A stretch of 64,000 nucleotides of DNA. Origin: Xylographa opegraphella. Taxonomy: Eukaryota. Position numbers and translations under genes: made by a program. Every line of letters starts with the position of its first letter. Positions within the stretch are counted from its first letter, which is position 1. The stretch lies in the NCBI GenBank assembly GCA_022813865.1, contig JALDZX010000055.1, forward strand, positions 1-64,000, written 5' to 3'. This document shows, piece after piece, positions 24,685 to 37,899 of this stretch. A model generated the notes under the pieces. It did not search any database and was not told where the DNA came from. It saw only the letters and a list, made by a program, of their open reading frames with translations.

Positions 24685-25200
24685 GGTGGGTGGGGGTTTT
24701 GGTGGTGGACTTGTGACCAGAGCCCGATGTGTAGACGTAGTGCTGTCGCCGCGGTATAGCTCCTGCTCGTCTGAGGTGCAATTGAACGCACCGAACCTCT
24801 CGATCAGCGGTAGCTTGTGAAGCGCTTGCTTCTTCAATGGTAGCTTGTAAAGCGCTTCCTGCCTCAACGCAACCAACCCCACCCGTCGAACCGATATTCA
24901 ATATAGGCAGCGGCTCCCCAGCCTCAAGCCAACCAAACCCACCTGTCGCACCGCTACCCAATACAAGCAACACCTCACCTCACCTCACCTCACCAGCACC
25001 AGCAGCAATCGAATCGAATCGTCTCGTCTCTTACTGCTCAACACAACCCTCAGCACCACCGACCCATCCCACCCTCTCTCCAGGCCAAAAAGTAAACACA
25101 GGCACCAGCAAAACCTATCGGTACTCCCCCAAAAACCAGATTCACCCAACCACAGTTCCTGCAGCGCCGCCCGCGATGGCGAGTTGTGCGCAAGGCAAAG

Positions 25201-25255
25201 GCGGACGAGCGGACGAGCGGACGAGCGGACGAGCGGACGAGCGGACGAGCGGACG
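25201..25255 (+). repeat. (GCGGACGA)n octamer tandem repeat, ~7 copies
   Basis: Directly visible; lies upstream of the 24684 gene. Confidence 0.95.
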
Positions 25256-26103
25256 CGAGGGGGCGGGGGGTTCGTCCTCACTGGTTTCCCGGAAGCCGTC
25301 AGGCCAGTGAAAGCGTCTCACAGAAAGACGACGTTGCCGACGACGTTAGGTAGAGAAGCGACGAGCAAAACGGGGCATGTACGAGGTAGATCTAATGCAA
25401 CAATGGGCATCAACACCAGCAGCGCGATCGAGGCACCGCAAATGAGTCTCGGGACGTCGCAAGTACTTCTTTATCGTGCTATTGAGGGGATGGATATCCC
25501 CAGCGTCTTGGAAGCGGGAAACGAGCCGAGGGGAGCGAAGCTATGACGCCGACAAAAGCTCACTGCTTATCATGGCTTTCCCTCCGCAGCCCGGGTCCGG
25601 TGCAGAGAGGTGAGGATTTAATAAGTGGGTTTTTCGGATGATGGGCGATGCGAGATGATGACAGCGAAAGGATTGCGCTCGTGCGATTACGCGCGGTGTA
25701 CGGTAGTATAGTGATGGATGCCTACCAGCGGCGCTACGTGAGAATGTGGTACGGTACGGTACAACGGCGCAGGAGACTTCGAGGGGATTCGAGAGACCGT
25801 GCTTTCCCATTATTCACAACGCAAAGGCATTGTCAGATCACGAATTGCCCATCGAGTGTCCGTGTATTAGTCGCTGAGCTATCTATCTTGGTGGTCCAGG
25901 CGTCAGATTGTATCGCCGGCCCAGTGGTATCTTATTATTCCACATCTGTGTGCGCCGTTTGTTATGCAGTGGGCTTTTGGTAACAAGTCACAGTAGAAGG
26001 ACAAATCACATGAATTATCGCTGGGAAGTTTCCTCAAAATGAGTCAACACCCTAAATGTCCATCCTGAAATCCCCATTACCCAACCAATTCGGTGGAACC
26101 GCT

Positions 26104-26821
26104 TCACAAGAGAGCCGCAAAGATACCGGCAACGAGGCCGAGGCCAAGAGCGGGCTTCATCATACCGCCAACATTGGCGACGGCAGTTGAAGAGGTAGTA
26201 CTCGCAGGGGCGGCGCCGGTGCTGCTGGAAAGGGCAACACTGACGGTGCTGAGCGAGGCACTGAGGACGGTGGTGTTGGAACCCATGGGTGCGCTCGCAG
26301 TCATGAATCCAGAGCTGGCAGACATCGGCATGACCGGTGCAGCAGTTGTGACGGGGGCTGGGATACCGGGAGAGCCAGACATGAAGGAAGCAGCGGCGGT
26401 TTCCGAAGTAGCGACCGGGGGCATGCTTGTCACAACGGCGGGCATGGAGGTGGCCACGGGAGGCATGCCAGTCACAACACCGAGAGAGTTGGTCAGGGAG
26501 AGCATAGAGGTCAAGGCGTTGGTCTAGGAGACGAGTGTCAGCACATTTGGATTGAAAGCTCAAGCGGAGTGATCGCAAGAAAGAGTGTTGTTGCGATCAC
26601 TGCGAGTCCCAAGGTACTCCCCGACGACTGACACTGGACGAGGCACTTACGTATGCTGATGAAGATGGTGCAGCCACAGTGACCTGAGGTTGACCGTCGG
26701 TGAACTCCGACACGGGAGCCACGACACTGGTTGGAGCCTGGACCTGTCCATCACCGATCTGGCTGACCTGGGCGAACGCGACTGCGGCGAAAGCAACGGC
26801 GACGATGGCTGATGCGTGCAT
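26104..26821 (-). CDS. GPI-anchored Ser/Thr-rich cell wall protein with PIR repeat, 2 exons
   Basis: Signal peptide MHASAIVAVAFAAVAFA, PIR motif SQIGDGQVQA plus degenerate SEFTDGQPQ, intron ~26650-26524, TNSLGVVTGMP, hydrophobic C-terminal GPI signal. Confidence 0.88.
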
Positions 26822-28368
26822 GTTTGCGGTGTTGACGTTGTATTAACTTGGGACGAGTGAAGTGGGTTGAGATGGTAGACGGAGGGATGGCGCTCGGAAT
26901 GTGCGTAGAAAACGAGTGTGGGGTCTGCTGTTCAAAGAGTGAATGGACGGCGAGTGTGGGATGGATGATGCCAGTTGGTTGGTGCAGGAACGGAGAGTGA
27001 GGAGGGAGAAGGCCAGAGATTTATGGGGGGGGAAATCAGCAACTTTGCAGCTAGCGCGTTGCCCCTGGATGCGCGACTCCTTGTCTGTGGCGGCAAACCG
27101 GTTTCACCCAATCTCGCTTCATGGCCAGTGCCCCCAGCTCACGGGGAAGCCTGCTGATTGGGGGAAGCACCGGTGGTGTTGAGCGGATCAACATGCGAAA
27201 GCGAGGCCCGGGGTTATTCATTACTATTATTATGTATGACTTCGAGCTCGACCTTGCATTGATCAACAGGCTCAGCCCCAAGGACCGGAATGTCACCTCC
27301 GCACTCCCATGCCAACAGACGTCGTCCCCCGGGCCGTTCGAATACCTGCCTCAACCACCATCAAATAACCATCACTTCAAACTATCCACTCAACTCTACC
27401 CGCACCGAGCGATCAAAAACCCGCCGAAGCTCAACCATCGTCAAGAAATTACACCGCGACTAAAAGGCGGACGCTAGTAGATTTCCCCTGACGCTAGTTA
27501 AGCTAGTGGTCCCGCTTACTCGATGAAGCAAGGCGTCGCGCTTAGCAAGCGTTGGTCTGTGGGAGTCTAGACCCTTTCAAGCTTCCTCACTTACTGTGTA
27601 GTCCATGATGGGGATTTTCATCGCAGAGGGAACATCGTCGACTTTGAAGTTGGTTCATAAATCAGAGTCACGTAGTACACTGCATCACCCTCAGAGTCCC
27701 ATGAATCCCATCGTTCGGTTTGCCACGTCCGATGTCGAGTGGTCTGATGCATGGCCGTTATGCTCCCCCACGGTAGCCATGCAGTCGTGAAGCCTAAACA
27801 GCGTACCACAAGCACTATTTAATAAACACGTCGAGTTCACTGCACTTTCGAGACATAACCTTCTATTTATCGAAAGCTGTACTCTCCACTCCCTCTCTCA
27901 TCCCACAAGCCGACCCGCATCCCTTCCTCTGCTTGCCTCTGCTTGCCCATTCGTCTGCTTACCATCCATCCAGACCATGCCAGCAGCACCATCTACTGCT
28001 GTGTCCCCAAGGACCCATCGTTCGAAACACTACGGGTGCTTTGGATCCGTGCGGCATGCGAACCCGTTCCTGGAAGATGTAGCTCCCAGCGAGAGACTGG
28101 ACACGAGCGCGGAGTGATATCCGCCGTGGGCAACATCTACGGTCCCACGGCCGCAGCCTCGGTCGTGCAGCCTTCCAGCTGCCAAAAGGGACCTCGGATC
28201 GGATCAATGAGACGAGGTAAGACCGCCCGTTCTGGTACTTTCCATTTCTTGCCCTCCATCATCTCATCGTGATCGGCAGACATCCGCCTCCTCGCGCCGT
28301 GGCCAAGTAGTGCAGATAGAGGTCCTAGGAACCCACCTGTCGTGAATCATAGCCTTCGTGAACGATGC

Positions 28369-30613
28369 TCAGTACGAATTCGCCCAAGGACCCTTGGTCC
28401 AGTCCACCGAGCTCAACCACTCGGCAAAGTCCGGATCGTCCGTCGGCCCCATGACCGACGTGATGTCGATGTCGGGCACGAACTGCGCCTCCGCCTCCAT
28501 CGAGCTCAGCCTCAGCTGCGGGTCGAACGTCGCCACCGGCTCGAGCACCTGGTCGAGGATGCGTCGGATGACCTTCCGCATCCGGACGCAGAGCGTGTAG
28601 TTGCCCTGCGTGGGACGGATCGAGCCCAGGCATCCGATGAAGATGCTCAGGTTCTGGATGACCTCCGACCGCGGGAGGGTCAGCGGGTACAGGTGCGGGT
28701 ACTTGGACTGCTTGAGCAGCTCCATGGCGAGTACGCCGGCGGTGGGGATGCCGAAGTAGACAATCGCCCACGAGAAGCCGACTTGGTGCTCGTGCAAGCG
28801 GTCGCGGTTGGCCGAAAGAATGATGATCCGGTCGAGCATTTCCTTCGCCGTATTCAGCATATCCTGCTTGTTCTGTTGCGACCCGTCGTCCGGCAGACGT
28901 TCCAGGAGGAATCGGTTCAGCAGGAACTCCAAGCTGAGATTCACTCGGAGGATCAACATGTCGCTCGGTGACTGCAGAAACATGGGGTCTTCGGGCTGCA
29001 GCCTCAAATGTGCAGGCAAGCTAGCGTACGCCTGTTCCGAGCGTTGTTTCACGTCACTGTGACAAGAGTCAGCGGAGACATCTTATTGGCGTTGTAGATG
29101 CTCACTCTCGACGGAGGTATGAGGACCCTATGTCCGGTCCGAGTGAAAGCTCGAGGATTTCATCCCGTATCATGGCCATCACCATCCACGCTCGCCCGGT
29201 GGTCGATTGCGTGACAGTCGTATCTTTCCGCCAGCCCTGGTCGTCGAGCTTAGTGTCTATAATGACCTTGAGTGTCTCATCATCCGCCATCAACTCGACA
29301 TCGGTGAGGTCCAAAGGCAATTGGCAAACACTGTAACGACGAGTGAGCGCCGGTGGCCGCCCAATGAACGTGGCAAGCTGTTTGTCGGAGATGAATACAG
29401 CGACAAAAATCAGTTTCCGTAGCTCGGCAACCATCAATGAGGGTGAATTCGAGGCATCGCTGCCACGATGTAAGCCAAGAGAGGTGATTGCACTCGCAAG
29501 AGCACCATGTCTTCGCCACGACTGACGACCTGAAGAGGGGTCAGCACGTTGAAGCCTCTCCGTAAAGCCGTGACTCTCAAAGGGGAACCTACTGGCATCT
29601 CCGCTGTAGAACGTGTTGAGCGAATGGATATGATGCATTAGCCATACAACGTATTCATTAACGGCACTACTGTCGTCACACAGAATGAGGCACGCTTCCG
29701 CACATTCACTCATCTTCCGCGCATATTTCCTCCTGTCCCTAAGAATTTCATCTTCCTTGACTAAAGAGTGACTATTGAAGTCCGGCATACTCATGACAGC
29801 CAGTCCGAAGATAGCAAAGAACGTTCCAATGATCTCCCAGCGAAGTCTGCTGCCAGTGAAAGACTCCAACCACTCCTCGGTACTTCGGCACGTCGGTATC
29901 GGGACCAGTTCGTTGTGGAGGATTGTCTGCGCCATGGTGGTCAACGATTCCTGGCTCCTCGGCTCATTCAAAAAGCCACCGTAGGTCGACCAGATAGACT
30001 CCAGGCAGTACTTCATCGAGGGAATGTGTAACTCAACATCGCACGAAAGAATATGACGGGTGATCAAGCGCCAGCACAACTGCTGTTCCGGGAAATGCTT
30101 CAATATCGAAGTCCCAAGGCTCAAACGCTCCGATTTCCACCATTGGTCCTGCTCGTGGTTTGTTTCTGACGAGAGCTCATCCTCGGTCTGCATCACCAGG
30201 AGATCCTCACCAATGTTGGCTTGGTTGTCTCGGAAAACGGCCGAGAAGCTCGTGGGACCCAAGAACTCGGACGAGGACACTCGGATGTCTTCCGAGTCTT
30301 TCACCCGTTGATTGACAAGAAACAACAGATTGGAGCTTCCACTGATATGTTGGCCATGATGCCGAGGGGCGCCGGGGCTCGGGACACTTCCGGACTTCTT
30401 CTGAACCCGCGCCCCCTCGACCGGACTCGGAGGCGGTCTCGTCAGCGGCGCTGGGTGATAGGTACACTGCGCGACTATATTCCGGCGGCGACAACGCTGG
30501 CAAATGGGTAGCTCGTGGCCACAGGCAGCTTTTGCTTTCCGGCAAGGCTCGCATGATTGCGGCTTCCCGTTTCGACGTAGTGGTAGCCCGTTCACTGCGG
30601 CGGGAGAAGACAT
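28369..30613 (-). CDS. Zn(II)2Cys6 fungal transcription factor, 3 exons
   Basis: RRNGKPQSCEPCRKAKAACGHELPICQRCRRRNIVAQCTY cluster. Fungal_trans region SLGLHRG...ELRK..F...DKQLATFIGRPP...LPLD. Introns ~29590-29531 and ~29105-29057. Confidence 0.92.
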
Positions 30614-31787
30614 AATGGTGCACTCACACACCAGAGATGATAGAGTTTCCTAGCGGTACAGTCTTTCGCCGATGTACCCACGGCGGAGGCAGTCAGAGCT
30701 CAAAGTCGGAGTTGGCGGACTTGTTGCTCAATGGACTCCATAGTAGCCATCAGGTCGAAGTCATCGAAACGTTAGCACTGTGTAGACACCTACTCATTAG
30801 ACCTTATGCAGGCAGTAATAGTGCTGAGCCTGGCTCATGTTTCTATTCCTGTCAGGACTCATCTGATTCGGATGGGTTGACCGTGTGCACAGTAGGAGCA
30901 TGGTGTGATAGACTCCGCTCCTGCCGCTGCTTTGACCGTCTTCGCCTAACCGAGCTCCGGGGCTCAAGCTCTTAAGTGCTTGTTTAACTCCGAGCGAGAG
31001 AAACTCAGAGTGGTCGCAAAAGCGGCGACAGTTCCATCTCGTCCGACCAATCCTACGCAAGTACTAACAACTAAGTACCTTAATGCCACCCGCTTCGACG
31101 AATCCCAAACCGCAAGAATATGACTCAATCGAACGGCGTGTCATCCTCTTCCCAAGGCATGGAGCATTCCCTCAGTACGTACAATACACCCCAGAGACCG
31201 CACGCATCCCAATCCACTCCGCGCCCACTCACCACTACCCGTTCCTGCGCTTTACGCCCTGTGACCGCGCCCTAGCAGCCGCCAGCCTCGTCAGCACACA
31301 CGTTTGTCCCGATAAGCACGCTCCTGGCTCTGCAGGCAGCGACAGCAATGGCCGCGAGTTGCGCCAGAAATCGGGACTTCCACCCTGAGCACACCTGCTC
31401 GCACGAGGGAGGGGGATTGGATGGTCCTGCTTCTGCCTAGAGACAACTTACCCTCTCCTATCTATCCCATCGGGGATGTATGAAAAGAAAACACCGGTGT
31501 AATGCTTGTCGAACGCCCCCTCCCCCGCATCAAAGCGTCGTCGGCCATTGACTCATACGTCTTGATCGGGAAACGCTTCTGCTGTGATTTCATCCCCTGC
31601 TTCGCATTGGGTTTCCGTGCCTGACCCTGCCTACCTGGTTCTTTGTGCGGTAGCTGCCTATATATATTGTGCTCATCCCCGCTTGCCCTCGATCGATATC
31701 AACTCCTCAACCCACCATCCGCATACCCCATATCCACTCACAAGCAACCCAAGCACCCATCAACCCACCCCCCTCTAAACCGCCCCA

Positions 31788-32080
31788 ATGCCTTCCGCCG
31801 GCTTCCCGACCGCCCACAGCAGCACCTCCTCCATGTTCCCCTCCTCCGCCACCTCCGGCACCAGCATCTTCGACGCCTGGCGCGCCCGTTCCGCCAAGAA
31901 GTCCACCCCCAACTCCACAGACACCGCCTCCGTCCGCTCCGCCAGCACCACCACCGGCCTGCTCTCTCCCTCGGAGCAGCAACCCCGCGCCCAAGGTCCG
32001 CCCCTGTCGCTGCGGATTCCGCGCCGCTGTCTCCTATAAAGCTGACTCCCACAGAATCGACTCGAAACCCGAAACAATGA
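31788..32080 (+). CDS. Possible small Ser/Thr-rich protein (77 aa), 2 exons
   Basis: ATG 31788; intron 31996-32054 (GTCCGC..GCTGAC..CAG) gives ...QQPRAQESTRNPKQ*; C3-biased codons; no recognisable domain. Confidence 0.4.
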
Positions 32081-32928
32081 CTTTCCCGTACAGTGGCCAC
32101 GAGGGGGTGGGAGCGCACTTTCCCCAAGTGTTAGCCGTCGGCGCCATGTTGGCCCGGCGAGGTGACGGCGTTGGCGTCGGAGGGCAATGGCTGTGAGGAT
32201 TGGGAATATGGGGAGGGGCGTTGGGTATATACGGGCACCCGGCCGCCAAGTCGTGACACTTGCCTGCGTTACAATGGTGACGGAGTCGTTTGGCGGGGGA
32301 CCGGGCGTACGGTGTCAACGCACTGCTGATTTGCCGAAGGCTTGGGAGTCTTTGCAGTCCCGCTGTCTTTTCTGCACACGAGGATCGAATGAAAAGCACG
32401 AGGGAGAGTGAGGGTTGATGGCAGAAAGGCAAGATCGTGGAGCACGATAGCGTAGGAAAGCAATCTAGACGGGGCAGATTGAAGCATATCTCATTGACCG
32501 TGCTTGCATTGCTCTTAATGCTGGTGCCAAGCTTCCAACATGCCCTCCCCACGCTCGCCACTGTAGGAGATGGATCTGCAATAGAAAAGAGTCACACGGT
32601 CTAATCAGGCACATCACGATGGACGGCATCTGGATTGGATGCCAAAGGGACAATTGCTGATGATCGCAAGCTGACCAATGAGTGCTTTCTAGAGTACAGG
32701 CTATCATTGGCAAGGAGCAAGAAGAGTAAAAGCTCGTAATTCATGACTTCATTACCTAGCACTTGGGTTGGAAATAGCTTACCCCCGATTTGCAAACAGT
32801 TCGCACAGACAGATACGCAACTGCAAACAGCTCGCACCGACAGTTCCGCAAACATGTGGGGCAGAAACGCCACTGGATACTCTTTTGGCCTTCAGCCTCT
32901 CCTCCAAAAAGGGCACCGCGCCGACCTC

Positions 32929-35208
32929 TCACTTCTTGCCCTCTAGACATGGTCCATTCCCCTTCTCGGCCGCGTTCTTTTGAGGGTCGTCGGTATCGAG
33001 CTTCGTTTTGGCGACGGCAGCTTGAGCCTGTGGTTTTTGTCGTATGGCCCGGATTGTAGCAGCCTGTTTCTGATGGTACACCCGGAGCCCGACTACACAT
33101 CTTGCATCCCACGGGTTATCGGCTGGTGTTGCAGTGTGCGGTTGGTCTTTAGCGGGTGCTGGAGACGGATCAGCGGGTGCTGGAGACGGATCGGCGGCAC
33201 CGTCACGGTGGTCGCCGATTGCACCGTCTCGCCTTTCAATCGGCTGTGGAGCTGCATTTGACGAGACGTCTGTGGTGGTCGGGCTTTGGGGGTGTGCTTC
33301 AGATGAAGTATCCATATCTGCCGTCTTGGCGGCCTCAGCATCCCCTGCTGTGTCCTTGTCATCCTTCGGTTCGGATGTGGGCATCTGCGCTTTGGCGTGA
33401 GCTAAGTCGTAGGAAAGTCCGATAGAAAGTAGCTTGGCACGATCCGAAAGCCAGTTTCGCTTTACAACGTCTTTTATCTTCGGAAGAATCGAGTACCGAG
33501 TTCCGGTGATCTGCAGAAGCACCTCGTAGGTACCAGCTTCGAGGTCGACCTCAGCAGTAGCGGATCGTGGCCTGTTAGAGAAGCCACGAACAATATACAC
33601 GGCTTCACCAGATCGATGGAGTCGGAATGCAAGATTATAGGAATATTGGCCGGTGAGACCCTTAAAATACCGGCCATCGAGTTTTGAGAGCACAATGACG
33701 GTGGTGCCCGGCTTAGAAAGGACAAATTCGAACTTTGTGTCATTGTAATCGCCCGACCATGGCACCTCGATTGTGGTCCAGTGTTGAGAGACTTTCCATT
33801 CGGGCGAGAAAATTCGTGTCCGCCACAATTTGTAAAATCGACGCAGGAAGTCTGCGTACGAGATCCAGAAGATCCCGTCGTTACCGAAGCTATGGTCAAG
33901 GTCTTTCAAGGCTTCAGAGGTCCATTGGCTGCTTCCATCACTCCAAGGACCATTCCATCCCGTGTCTCCCCATGGATTCTTGACCAAAACAAGACGATTA
34001 TTCTTGTAGTTCACTGCTTTAAGGACAGAGTATGCGTGGTTGTCCATGATACCTTGTCTACCCTTCTGATTGGTGTCAGAATGGCTATAACATTTTGTAG
34101 CGGCACCGAAAAAAAATTCTCGGTTCACTTGCAAAAGCTCTTCGTACCACAACTGATCCTTATCAAGGATATTGGCAGTTTGGATTAATATTGACACTCC
34201 ACCTGTAAGATCTTCGAATGCATCACTTCATGTATAGGCATTAGCTGATTGCAGTAGATCAGGTTCGGCAGGCCTACCCTTGCATTCCACGAGCCACAGC
34301 ATCAAAGTCGCCATGAGCTTTTGCATAAGCTTTTTCAATCAATGGTACCCATGTCTCATTAGGGTGATTGCAACTACTGAAATGAAGTGCATTTGAACCA
34401 CTTTGATAGGCCTTACGATACTCTTCTCGTGAAACTTCAGGAGCAATGTGCTCGTGAGTGTTGTCCCAATCGGTGCGTACGGAACCGTCACAATCATCAT
34501 AATCCTGGATACCAAGGTAAAGCTTGTCGTCTATGACCTCTGATACCCATTCGCCATCTCGAAAGAATACAAATCCATACACACCAACCTTCTCGTTTCG
34601 TGCCCGTTCAGGACAAATCCTCTCGATCAGATGGCGAGACTCGGTATCGACACACAATGATTCGAGAGTCGAGATGAACCAGCAATCACCTATAGCTCCT
34701 TGTCGTATGCCTTTGACCTGGGGCCCGGCACCTTCATAAAAATGTGGATCTTCAAAGATATCCCCTACTCTTTTGACGCACAATTCGGTCGCACTTTCGG
34801 ATGCGTCCTCGTCAGAAGCGGTCGGTAGTCCTTTCAGGCAGTAATCCAGGTTGTCTAGGTCAAAATGTGGATCGCTATATTTCATGTTGTTTCTCTTACA
34901 CTCAGCAACGATCTGAATAACCCTGGCTTCGCATTCTTTAACAGCCTTTTCATATGATGCTGCAATACTGCGTCCTCCGACTTCGCCTTCAGGCGTATGT
35001 TGTCTGACCAGCTTGCCATAGACATTACTCGGGAGCACAGAGGACGCTTTGTTAGTCAGTGTCTACTATTACCTACTGAAAGTCGAGCAAGGTTGGATCT
35101 CAACATACAAGAACTAGTAATCTTGGTGGGTTTTAAACTGGTTGCCCAGAAATGGTCGATCATCTCTTGGGACGACAAGATTTCCGGTAGCTGGTTACTA
35201 TCTGCCAT
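32929..35208 (-). CDS. Calpain-like cysteine protease (peptidase C2), 3 exons
   Basis: Intact triad QGAIGDCW / NHAYSV / KNPWG; also WVPLIEKAYAKAHGDF, FEDLTGG, WNGPWSDGSSQW, DGIFWISYADFL and C-terminal PWDARCVVGLRVY. Confidence 0.9.
33151..33192 (-). repeat. 21-bp tandem duplication (ADPSPAP x2) in calpain tail
   Basis: agcgggtgctggagacggatc occurs twice in tandem. Confidence 0.85.
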
Positions 35209-35822
35209 GGTGATATGATAATCGACTAGACGTGGTCACGTTGAATAGAAACAAGATTAGGCTTTGTTCGTATAAAAGCCTTTGGATTTTATGGAAAAAA
35301 AGCTCTACATGTCGGAGGATAGAACACCAAACGTCTGAGGATAGAGCTTATCTGACAAGAGTGGCTTGATAACCATGCTGCACCGGCAGCATTTGAGAAT
35401 GCTGCGTGCCAGAGGCAGCGAATGTGGGGAGGTCGGACGGCCATTGCGCGTGACAAGTGTGTGACATATAGCATATTCTGATTCACTATTGGGAAGCTTG
35501 TACAGTCTCTCCGTGCACCTCAATGAGTAATTCAGGTCGCTGTTGCTTGGTCAAAATTATGAATGGGTAGTCGAATTCACACTGGATGCCGGTGTTCCAT
35601 GACTTGACAGGACTGCTAGCCGAAGCGGCTAAGCTATCCTAGCGCGTCTGGGTGCCAAGGTTCTAGGGCTTCTAGTCGCTTAGCACTCGGCAGCGCTTCC
35701 ATGGACGCTTGATGTGTTGCAGCTAAACGCCACATCAAATAACATACCTACTTGTACTATTCATAGCTTATCGAGTGAGTCTGGTCAAACTTTCACGTTC
35801 GTTGCTTTCAACGCTGTGCTGG

Positions 35823-36488
35823 ATGGGCCGAGCTCAGGAACAAGTCCTAGCAGCTGCTCCTTTGCAGCCTTACTTGTCTCTCCCCTCAATAGAACGCCAA
35901 CTGACGTACATCGCTACTGGTGCTCTCGCTGGAGGGTGTACATTGGGCGTTGAATTAGGTTGGCAGAGGCCTGTCCCATCTGCTCCTAAAACATACACAT
36001 CTTTCTTGAGAGCCTATGGGCCAGCGACTATAGGACGCGCTGGTGTTCGGTTTTGGGTATTTGATGCTGTAAAATCCCAGATGCAAGCCAACCAAAGCGT
36101 TTCCTCTCTGCCGACTTGGACAATCGGTGCGTTATCAGGCGCGGCAGGCGGTCTGGCTGAGATATGTGCTCAATCACTCTACCATCACCGACTACCATCA
36201 CGACCCGCTCTTGCATCTCAAGGCAGTAAGCTTTTTTTCTGTTTTGGATCCTACACATTCTTGTCAACCACTTTCTCGGACGAGCTACCGCCGAGGCCGT
36301 TCTGGTATTGCTGGGCAATGGGCGCCACTGCTGGTGCTATTGGAAGTGGCATTGTGGCCAGATTTGAGGGTGTGAAAGGCCAGCGCTTGTGGAGAGGTGC
36401 AATTCCTAAGGGAGCTTGGGCCATTGGGACAGTGATTGCAGTACAGGTCACTAGCTGTGCTGAAGTTTTGAAGTTGATCGACGATTGA
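35823..36488 (+). CDS. Small multi-pass membrane protein resembling a reduced mitochondrial carrier (SLC25-like)
   Basis: First ATG 35823, 221 aa. Three Gly-rich helices (IATGALAGG, IGALSGAAGGLAE, MGATAGAIGS) alternate with RAGVRFWVFDAVK, LFFCFGSYTFL and LWRGAIPK. Confidence 0.6.
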   Translation: MGRAQEQVLAAAPLQPYLSLPSIERQLTYIATGALAGGCTLGVELGWQRPVPSAPKTYTSFLRAYGPATIGRAGVRFWVFDAVKSQMQANQSVSSLPTWTIGALSGAAGGLAEICAQSLYHHRLPSRPALASQGSKLFFCFGSYTFLSTTFSDELPPRPFWYCWAMGATAGAIGSGIVARFEGVKGQRLWRGAIPKGAWAIGTVIAVQVTSCAEVLKLIDD

Positions 36489-37899
36489 GACCTCCACAAC
36501 AACCCGGTCAGATGAGCATCAATTGTTTTCATCACAAACATCCTCGCTAGAGCCTATGAGGTATTCACACTCCAGGATATACTTTGGTTCAATAGGCCAG
36601 ATCACCCCCGATTGTGATTGCGTAGCCGCTTCCAATAATACAGTTTCGCCTTCCAAGGTCAGTTCACGACAAAAGCGTCTGTTAGAAAGGTTTGAATTCA
36701 TCTACCAAGGCACGGTGTTCGAAGTACATGTTATCCTCACATGAGCTTGTAGCCGTTCGTTCAATCGAGCTAATGCCAGCAAAGCGGAACTTTCTGCAGG
36801 CGACATAGACAGCTTCAAAACCCCATCCTTGGTATCCATGAATACCACAAACGGAGCCGTTTGCCTTTGTGCTCAAACGGCGACTCACAGATGTACTGAA
36901 CGTACCCAAGCTAGACCAAAACAACTTGAGCGACGCATGGCAGTTCTTACCCTCACTTTCTTAGACGGATTTCACAAACCGCAAAAGTTCCACTGTTATC
37001 AACATCATTAAAGTCTTCTCTACCTGGGACCTCCACCACAGCCAGTATCTGTTTCAGATAGCATTAAACGACAATACGATCGTCGCGAAAAACATATAGT
37101 GTTATTTGCCATTCCCAAGCTTACGAAATAACAAAACTATTATAGAGCGTGCTCCGTTCCCAACTCGGGATATAACATAGGACACTGTTCTCTCAGGACT
37201 TCCGTGAACGTACCCCGAGCCCGGACGACTCCCTCTACAAGAACAGTGCCGCATACGGATGGCAACGATGGCAAGGGATTGCACAGTCGGCGTCGAAGTT
37301 GCACAGATAATCTCCTGGAAACATGTAGATCCATGAGCAGCCAAGCAGAATTGTTCAAAACCTATTCTCCTTTCATCAAGTGTCAAAATCGACGACAGCA
37401 CTTGTTTTTCAATCCAGAACAATCTTATGCTTGAAATAAACAAGTGCAAACATAGCTTGCCCTTAATACTGTTGCAAGCATCACCCCAAAGTGCGCCCGC
37501 AACGCCCACGCCCCACGACGACCCGCGCTTTCCGCCGCTACACCGGACTGCGCGGATCCTACCAGCTCCGACATGCCCGCATAGAGCGACACGGTCGGCT
37601 GCTTCAGCTTGCAAGCATGCATCTCGACAAGCGAGTACGCCTCTGGCAGCAGCTGATCTGGCAATTCCTCACGGGGCGGCTCACGCATGCTCAAGTCCCC
37701 GAGTGAAGATGCGGTGAGCGGCTGGCGCATGGTGGAGTCCGCGCAGAAATACGCAGTGGGTGGTTTGGGGTGACGAGTTACGTGCGCGCGTAGGCGCCAC
37801 CCTGCGAAGACGCCTACTACGAAGAGGAGTGGTAGGCCAAGATCGAGACCTACTCCGAGGCCGATAATGGCGGACTGGGGGAGGGCGATTGACGGGGGT

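Noticed and set aside
24685..24882. N-terminal extension of the 509-aa ORF containing a 30-bp direct repeat (QEALYKLPL/KQALHKLPL)
   Set aside because: Non-ATG start, and a strong accATG at 24684 precedes the conserved-looking N-terminus; no evidence of coding constraint.
25201..25255. Regular repeat as a possible CRISPR or telomeric array
   Set aside because: Spacer-less octamer microsatellite in a eukaryote; not TTAGGG.
36500..37100. Fragmentary minus-strand ORFs with splice-like signals
   Set aside because: Could not join the phases into a coherent gene or recognise a family.
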